From an uncultured Gemmatimonadaceae bacterium (GTDB taxonomy: Bacteria; Gemmatimonadota; Gemmatimonadetes; Gemmatimonadales; Gemmatimonadaceae), in the NCBI GenBank assembly GCA_963790305.1, contig CAWBOC010000005.1:544001-608000 (forward strand): 64,000 bases of DNA, given 5' to 3'. A program made the translations under genes and the position numbers. A model generated the notes under the pieces. That model ran no database searches, had not been told where the DNA came from, and saw nothing but the letters and a program-made list of their open reading frames with translations. This document shows positions 60,026 through 64,000 of this stretch, piece by piece (the stretch's first letter is position 1; every line of letters begins with the position of its first letter).

Positions 60026-61369
60026 ATGCCAGCCCTGCGCCGCCCGCCCGGCCCCAAAGGCCACTTCCTCCTCGGCAACCTTCCGGAGCTGGGGACCGAC
60101 ATCCTCGGACTCTTCGCATCCTGCGCGCGTGATCATGGGGAGGTCGCCTTCCTGAGCCTCGCAGGATGGCCGGCGTTCGTGCTCAGCAATCCGGAGCACA
60201 TTGAGCAGGTGCTGGTGACTGATCACAAGAACTTCATCAAGCACACGTTCTTTTGGCGTCACGTCCGGGGCATTTTCGGCAACGGGCTGCTCACCAGCGA
60301 GGGCGACTTCTGGCTTCGTCAACGGCGTCTCGCACAGCCGTCGTTCCACCGGGACCGCATCGCGGCCTATGGCGACGTGATGGTGAGCTACACCGAGCAC
60401 GCGCTTGACCAATGGCGCGACGGCGACACGCTCGACGTGCATCACGAGCTCATGCGTCTCACGCTGTTGATCGTCGCGAAAGTGCTGTTCGATGCCGACG
60501 TGGCGCATGAGGTGGAAACCATTGGCGGCGCGCTCGACGATGCGACGAAGGAGATCGCCTCTCGATTTCGCCGGCCCTTCCGAATTCCCGACGCGATCCC
60601 GATTCCCGGGAATCTCCGGTACAAGCGCGCCGTTCGTCGGCTCGACGGCGTCGTCCATCGCATCATCGACGAGCATCGGGATCACGATGGGCGGGGCGAC
60701 CTGCTCGGCATGCTCATGCAGGCGCGGGATGAAGACGGCCGGGCAATGACCACCGAGCAGCTACGCGACGAGGCGATCACCATCCTTCTCGCGGGGCACG
60801 AGACCACGGCGATCGCGCTGTCGTGGGCGTGCTACCTTCTGTCGAAGCACCCGGCGGTCGCCGAGAACATCCGGACGGAGCTCACCGACGTTCTCGGCAG
60901 CAAGCGAGCGCCGACGGTCGCGGACCTGCCACGGCTGCGATTCACCGAAATGGTGGTCATGGAGGCGATGCGGCTCTATCCTCCCGCGTACGCGTTAGGC
61001 CGCGAGGCGGTCGAGGACTGTACGATCGCCGGCTATCAGGTCCCCGCCGGGACCTCGATCTTCATCAGTCCCTGGGTCGTGCATCGCGACGCGCGGTGGT
61101 TCGACCGCCCGGAGGAATTCCTCCCGGAGCGGTGGGCGGGAAATGCCGCGCAGCGGTTGCCGAGGTTTGCGTACTTCCCCTTTGGAGGGGGGCCGCGCAT
61201 CTGCATTGGGAATCGATTCGCGATGATGGAAGCGGTGCTGCTGCTCGCCTGCATCGTGCGGCGATTTCGGTTGGTGCTGGATGACGAAAAGGGCGTAGCG
61301 CTCTTTCCAACGATCACGCTACGCCCCGCTAACGGCATCAGGATGACGGTCCGCAGACGTTCAGTCTGA
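60026..61369 (+). CDS. Cytochrome P450
   Basis: AGHETT, EAMR (ExxR), PERW, FGGGPRICIG. Confidence 0.97.
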   Translation: MPALRRPPGPKGHFLLGNLPELGTDILGLFASCARDHGEVAFLSLAGWPAFVLSNPEHIEQVLVTDHKNFIKHTFFWRHVRGIFGNGLLTSEGDFWLRQRRLAQPSFHRDRIAAYGDVMVSYTEHALDQWRDGDTLDVHHELMRLTLLIVAKVLFDADVAHEVETIGGALDDATKEIASRFRRPFRIPDAIPIPGNLRYKRAVRRLDGVVHRIIDEHRDHDGRGDLLGMLMQARDEDGRAMTTEQLRDEAITILLAGHETTAIALSWACYLLSKHPAVAENIRTELTDVLGSKRAPTVADLPRLRFTEMVVMEAMRLYPPAYALGREAVEDCTIAGYQVPAGTSIFISPWVVHRDARWFDRPEEFLPERWAGNAAQRLPRFAYFPFGGGPRICIGNRFAMMEAVLLLACIVRRFRLVLDDEKGVALFPTITLRPANGIRMTVRRRSV

Positions 61370-61732
61370 GCGCTTCTTCCGCGGCAAGCCGCCCCGTCCC
61401 CTGGTCGTGTTGTCCGCGCGGTGCGAGCGGCTTCCCGTGACACCGTGAAGGTTGCCGGTGTTGTCGCTCGGCCCATCCCCGGTCTTCCCGTGCTGATGAT
61501 CCTTCGCGAACCGCGTCCGCTCGCTGTTCTTTTCTCCCTCGTCGTGCTGCTGTCGGTCCTCGACGAGGCGGCGCTTGCCCTCGCGCGCCGCTCGAATCCG
61601 TTTGCGCTCGGCGACTTCTTCGACCGGCTCCGCCGGTGGGGCCTCGTGGAGCTGCTCGACGAATCGCGCGTGCGTGCGCGGCCCGTGTTGTCCCTCGGCG
61701 TGCATTGATCGCGGATCTCTACGCTTGCCCAT
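61361..61732 (-). CDS. Hypothetical hydrophilic protein
   Basis: MGKRRDPRSMHAEGQHG...; charged low-complexity ORF with plausible codon usage. Confidence 0.45.
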   Translation of the reverse strand: MGKRRDPRSMHAEGQHGPRTHARFVEQLHEAPPAEPVEEVAERKRIRAAREGKRRLVEDRQQHDEGEKNSERTRFAKDHQHGKTGDGPSDNTGNLHGVTGSRSHRADNTTRGRGGLPRKKRSD

Positions 61733-61856
61733 GTCCACATGTCCTCCCGATTGTGCGTCAAATGTGGACGATAGCTTCAACATTGGGGCCACCGACCGCT
61801 CGAACTGGCGAATGAAGAAAAAGGGGCGCCGGAGAAGCGCTTGTACAGCGCCCCCG

Positions 61857-63047
61857 CTAGTCGCTCGTCATAATGAACAGCGGCGCCCCGTCGAACTCGT
61901 AGATCGGCCGCAATCGCTCGGTGTTGTAGTACTTCCTGACGTCTACCACTTTCTTCTCCGACGTTACGCTCGTGATCGGCACGCTGTCGTAGACGCCGCG
62001 GTGGATGCTGACGAGACGACCGTATTGCTTCTTCAGCACCAGCTGCAGGGCGAGATTGCCGAAGGCCATTGGCACGATCGAGTCGAGCGCGTCGGGATCG
62101 CCGGAGCGAACGAGGTAGCCGAGTCGCTGATTGACGACGTCAATGCGGCGGCCGTTGTTGTATTTCGGCGAGTACTCCTTGAGCGCCGCGGCGATCTTGT
62201 CGCCCACGCCACCGAGCTTCTTGTGACCGAACATGTCGGTCTCTTCGCTCTCGAAGCTCATCCCCTGGTGCGCGCTGAGACTCGCGCCCTCGGACACCAG
62301 CGCCACCGAATACTTGCTCGTGTGCCGGTTGTGGTCGTAGACCATGAGCTCGGTGAGCTGCTCGACGTCGGCCGCGTACTCGGGAATCAGACAGCGATCG
62401 GCCGCGCCGGCCATCGTCGGAAGGAGCGCGGTGAACCCGGCATATCGGCCAAAGACTTCGATCACCAGAAAGCGCTCATGCGATCCCGCCGACGTCCGCA
62501 GCCGGTGCGTGAGCTCGATCGTCCGGGTGACGCAGGTACTGAACCCGATGCAGTAGTCGGTACCGTAGACGTCGTTGTCCATCGTCTTCGGAATCGCGAC
62601 GACGTGTATCCCTTCGTCGTGCAGACGCTTTCCATAGCTCAGGGTGTCGTCGCCGCCGATGGGGATGAGCGCGTCCACGCCGATGTGCTCGAGGTTCTTG
62701 AGCACGTCGGGGGTGACGTCGTTGATGTCGGCGTCGTATCCGCTCATGTGCGTGGGCACTCGCTGGCGGGGCAGATGGCTGGGGCGCGTGCGCGAGGTGT
62801 GGAGGAACGTGCCGCCAGTGCGGCCAGCGCGATTCACGATCGCCTCGGAGAGCTCCTGCACGCTCTCGCTGTTGTCCACGCCTTTCTCGCGATTGTAATC
62901 GACAAGGCCCGCCCAACCGCGGCGAATGCCGACGACGCGGTATCCTTCGCGGAGCGCGCGGATGGTGATCGCCCGAATCGCGGGGTTCAGACCGGGGACG
63001 TCACCGCCGCCGGTCAGGATGGCGATAGTGCCTTTGGCGGGAGGCAT
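61857..63047 (-). CDS. pfkA: 6-phosphofructokinase (PfkA family, PPi-type signature)
   Basis: ILTGGGDVPGLN, GGTFLHTSR, GGDDT, PKTMDND, EVFGR. Confidence 0.95.
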   Translation of the reverse strand: MPPAKGTIAILTGGGDVPGLNPAIRAITIRALREGYRVVGIRRGWAGLVDYNREKGVDNSESVQELSEAIVNRAGRTGGTFLHTSRTRPSHLPRQRVPTHMSGYDADINDVTPDVLKNLEHIGVDALIPIGGDDTLSYGKRLHDEGIHVVAIPKTMDNDVYGTDYCIGFSTCVTRTIELTHRLRTSAGSHERFLVIEVFGRYAGFTALLPTMAGAADRCLIPEYAADVEQLTELMVYDHNRHTSKYSVALVSEGASLSAHQGMSFESEETDMFGHKKLGGVGDKIAAALKEYSPKYNNGRRIDVVNQRLGYLVRSGDPDALDSIVPMAFGNLALQLVLKKQYGRLVSIHRGVYDSVPITSVTSEKKVVDVRKYYNTERLRPIYEFDGAPLFIMTSD

Positions 63048-63060
63048 GGGAGCTAAAAAA

Positions 63061-63096
63061 GGCGCTAAGGGCGCTGGGGGCGCTAGGGGCGCTGAA
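63061..63096. repeat. Nonamer repeat GGCGCTNNN x4
   Basis: ggcgctaag ggcgctggg ggcgctagg ggcgctgaa; same unit as at 4501. Confidence 0.8.
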
Positions 63097-63098
63097 GG

Positions 63099-63240
63099 AG
63101 GGATCAGGAGTCAGGAGTCAGGGATCAGGGGTGGAAAGGGGCCGCCGCGCTTCGCGCGGGCGGCCCTCATCAGATGAGCGCGGCAGCTGGGCTGCCGCGC
63201 CTTTCCATCCCTGACTCCTGATCCCTGACTCCTGACCCCT
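63099..63240. repeat. 41-bp imperfect inverted repeats built from AGGRRTC heptamers enclosing two GC hairpins
   Basis: agggatc aggagtc aggagtc agggatc aggggtggaaagg ... cctttccatccctgactcctgatccctgactcctgacccct. Confidence 0.85.
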
Positions 63241-63241
63241 A

Positions 63242-64000
63242 CTAGTCTGCCAGCTTCCGTAGCTCCGCCAGCAGCGCCACCTCCTGCGGCGACGGTATCG
63301 CGGAGCGCGCCACCAGCTTCACCAGCTCACTGTCGCGCTCGTACAGATCGTTCGCGAACCACAGGTTGCCGTCGCGCACGTACGCCGTGAAATACACGAT
63401 GTAGACGGGGATTTTCTTCTTGAGCACGACCTGACGATTCGTTCCCTCCGTCGCGCGCTCGATCCGGTCCTCCGTCCATCCAGGCATTCCCGCGAGCGCG
63501 TACTTCGCCAGCTCCAGCGGCTTCTCGACACGGATGCATCCGTGGCTGAACGCGCGCACGTCGCGATCGAACAGCGAATGATCGGGCGTGTCGTGCAAAT
63601 AAATGTTCAGATCGTTGGGGAAGATGAACTTCACCGTTCCAAGCGCGTTCTTCTTGCCCGGGCGCTGGCGAATGCGCGGACCGCCCCGATCTTCCACGAT
63701 CTCGTATTCGTTGCGCTCCAGATAGCTGGGATCGGCGTTGATCTTCGGCCACAGCTCCTCCTCAGCGATCTTCTCTGGAACGTTCCAGTACGGCGCGAAC
63801 TCCAGGTAGGTCATCGAGTCGGCGAACGCCGGCGTTGCCTGGTCGGCGTAGTCCTGGCCGACGATCACCTTCATCGAGAGGACGGGCCGTCCGTTGTCGT
63901 AGGCGTCGAGGTGGAACGCCGGCACGTTGACGTAGATGTACCGGTCGCCTAACGAACGCGGCATCCAGCGATACCGCTCGAGATTGGCCATGATCTGTCC
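63242..64000 (-). CDS. L,D-transpeptidase (YcbB/YkuD family), 5' end beyond the window
   Basis: NLERYRW, VNVPAF, PYWNVP, NALG.VKF.FPN, IYLHDTP, SHGCIR. Confidence 0.93.
   Translation of the reverse strand, partial: GQIMANLERYRWMPRSLGDRYIYVNVPAFHLDAYDNGRPVLSMKVIVGQDYADQATPAFADSMTYLEFAPYWNVPEKIAEEELWPKINADPSYLERNEYEIVEDRGGPRIRQRPGKKNALGTVKFIFPNDLNIYLHDTPDHSLFDRDVRAFSHGCIRVEKPLELAKYALAGMPGWTEDRIERATEGTNRQVVLKKKIPVYIVYFTAYVRDGNLWFANDLYERDSELVKLVARSAIPSPQEVALLAELRKLAD

Noticed and set aside
2057..63240. Short tandem arrays as a CRISPR array
   Set aside because: Units are 7-9 nt with no unique spacers, and there are no cas genes.

Overview
GC-rich bacterial chromosomal segment with about 55 genes, mostly on the + strand. 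The gene repertoire looks Gemmatimonadota-like, but that is inference from gene content only. Left to right: type III glutamine synthetase (partial), cupredoxin + MCP, prolyl oligopeptidase, tRNA-Asn, infA, a binding-protein + MCP + amidohydrolase operon, a glycan-utilisation locus (GH144 remnant, GH3, sulfatase, SSS transporter, esterase, PHP, glycoside hydrolase), ettA, a LysR/cupin/hydrolase cassette, a TonB-dependent receptor, a PAS kinase, a ThuA-sugar dehydrogenase-cytochrome c fusion, TetR + ABA4-like genes, a complete his operon, a XoxF-like PQQ dehydrogenase + cytochrome c, an M14 peptidase, a Ser/Thr kinase, a P450, PFK and an L,D-transpeptidase (partial). No CRISPR array, transposase or phage genes were seen. 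Most notable observations: (1) a non-palindromic CCTAAC(G)/(C)GTTAGG motif found 27 times by eye, on both strands, often using rare TTA/CTA codons or overlapping stop codons; (2) an unannotated, probably leaderless His-rich leader peptide with terminator/antiterminator upstream of hisG; (3) intergenic inverted heptamer-repeat elements and loop-less palindromes; (4) a D-aminoacylase/GH144 fusion scar. Four genes each carry one extra base, which suggests sequencing indels, so single-residue oddities need caution.
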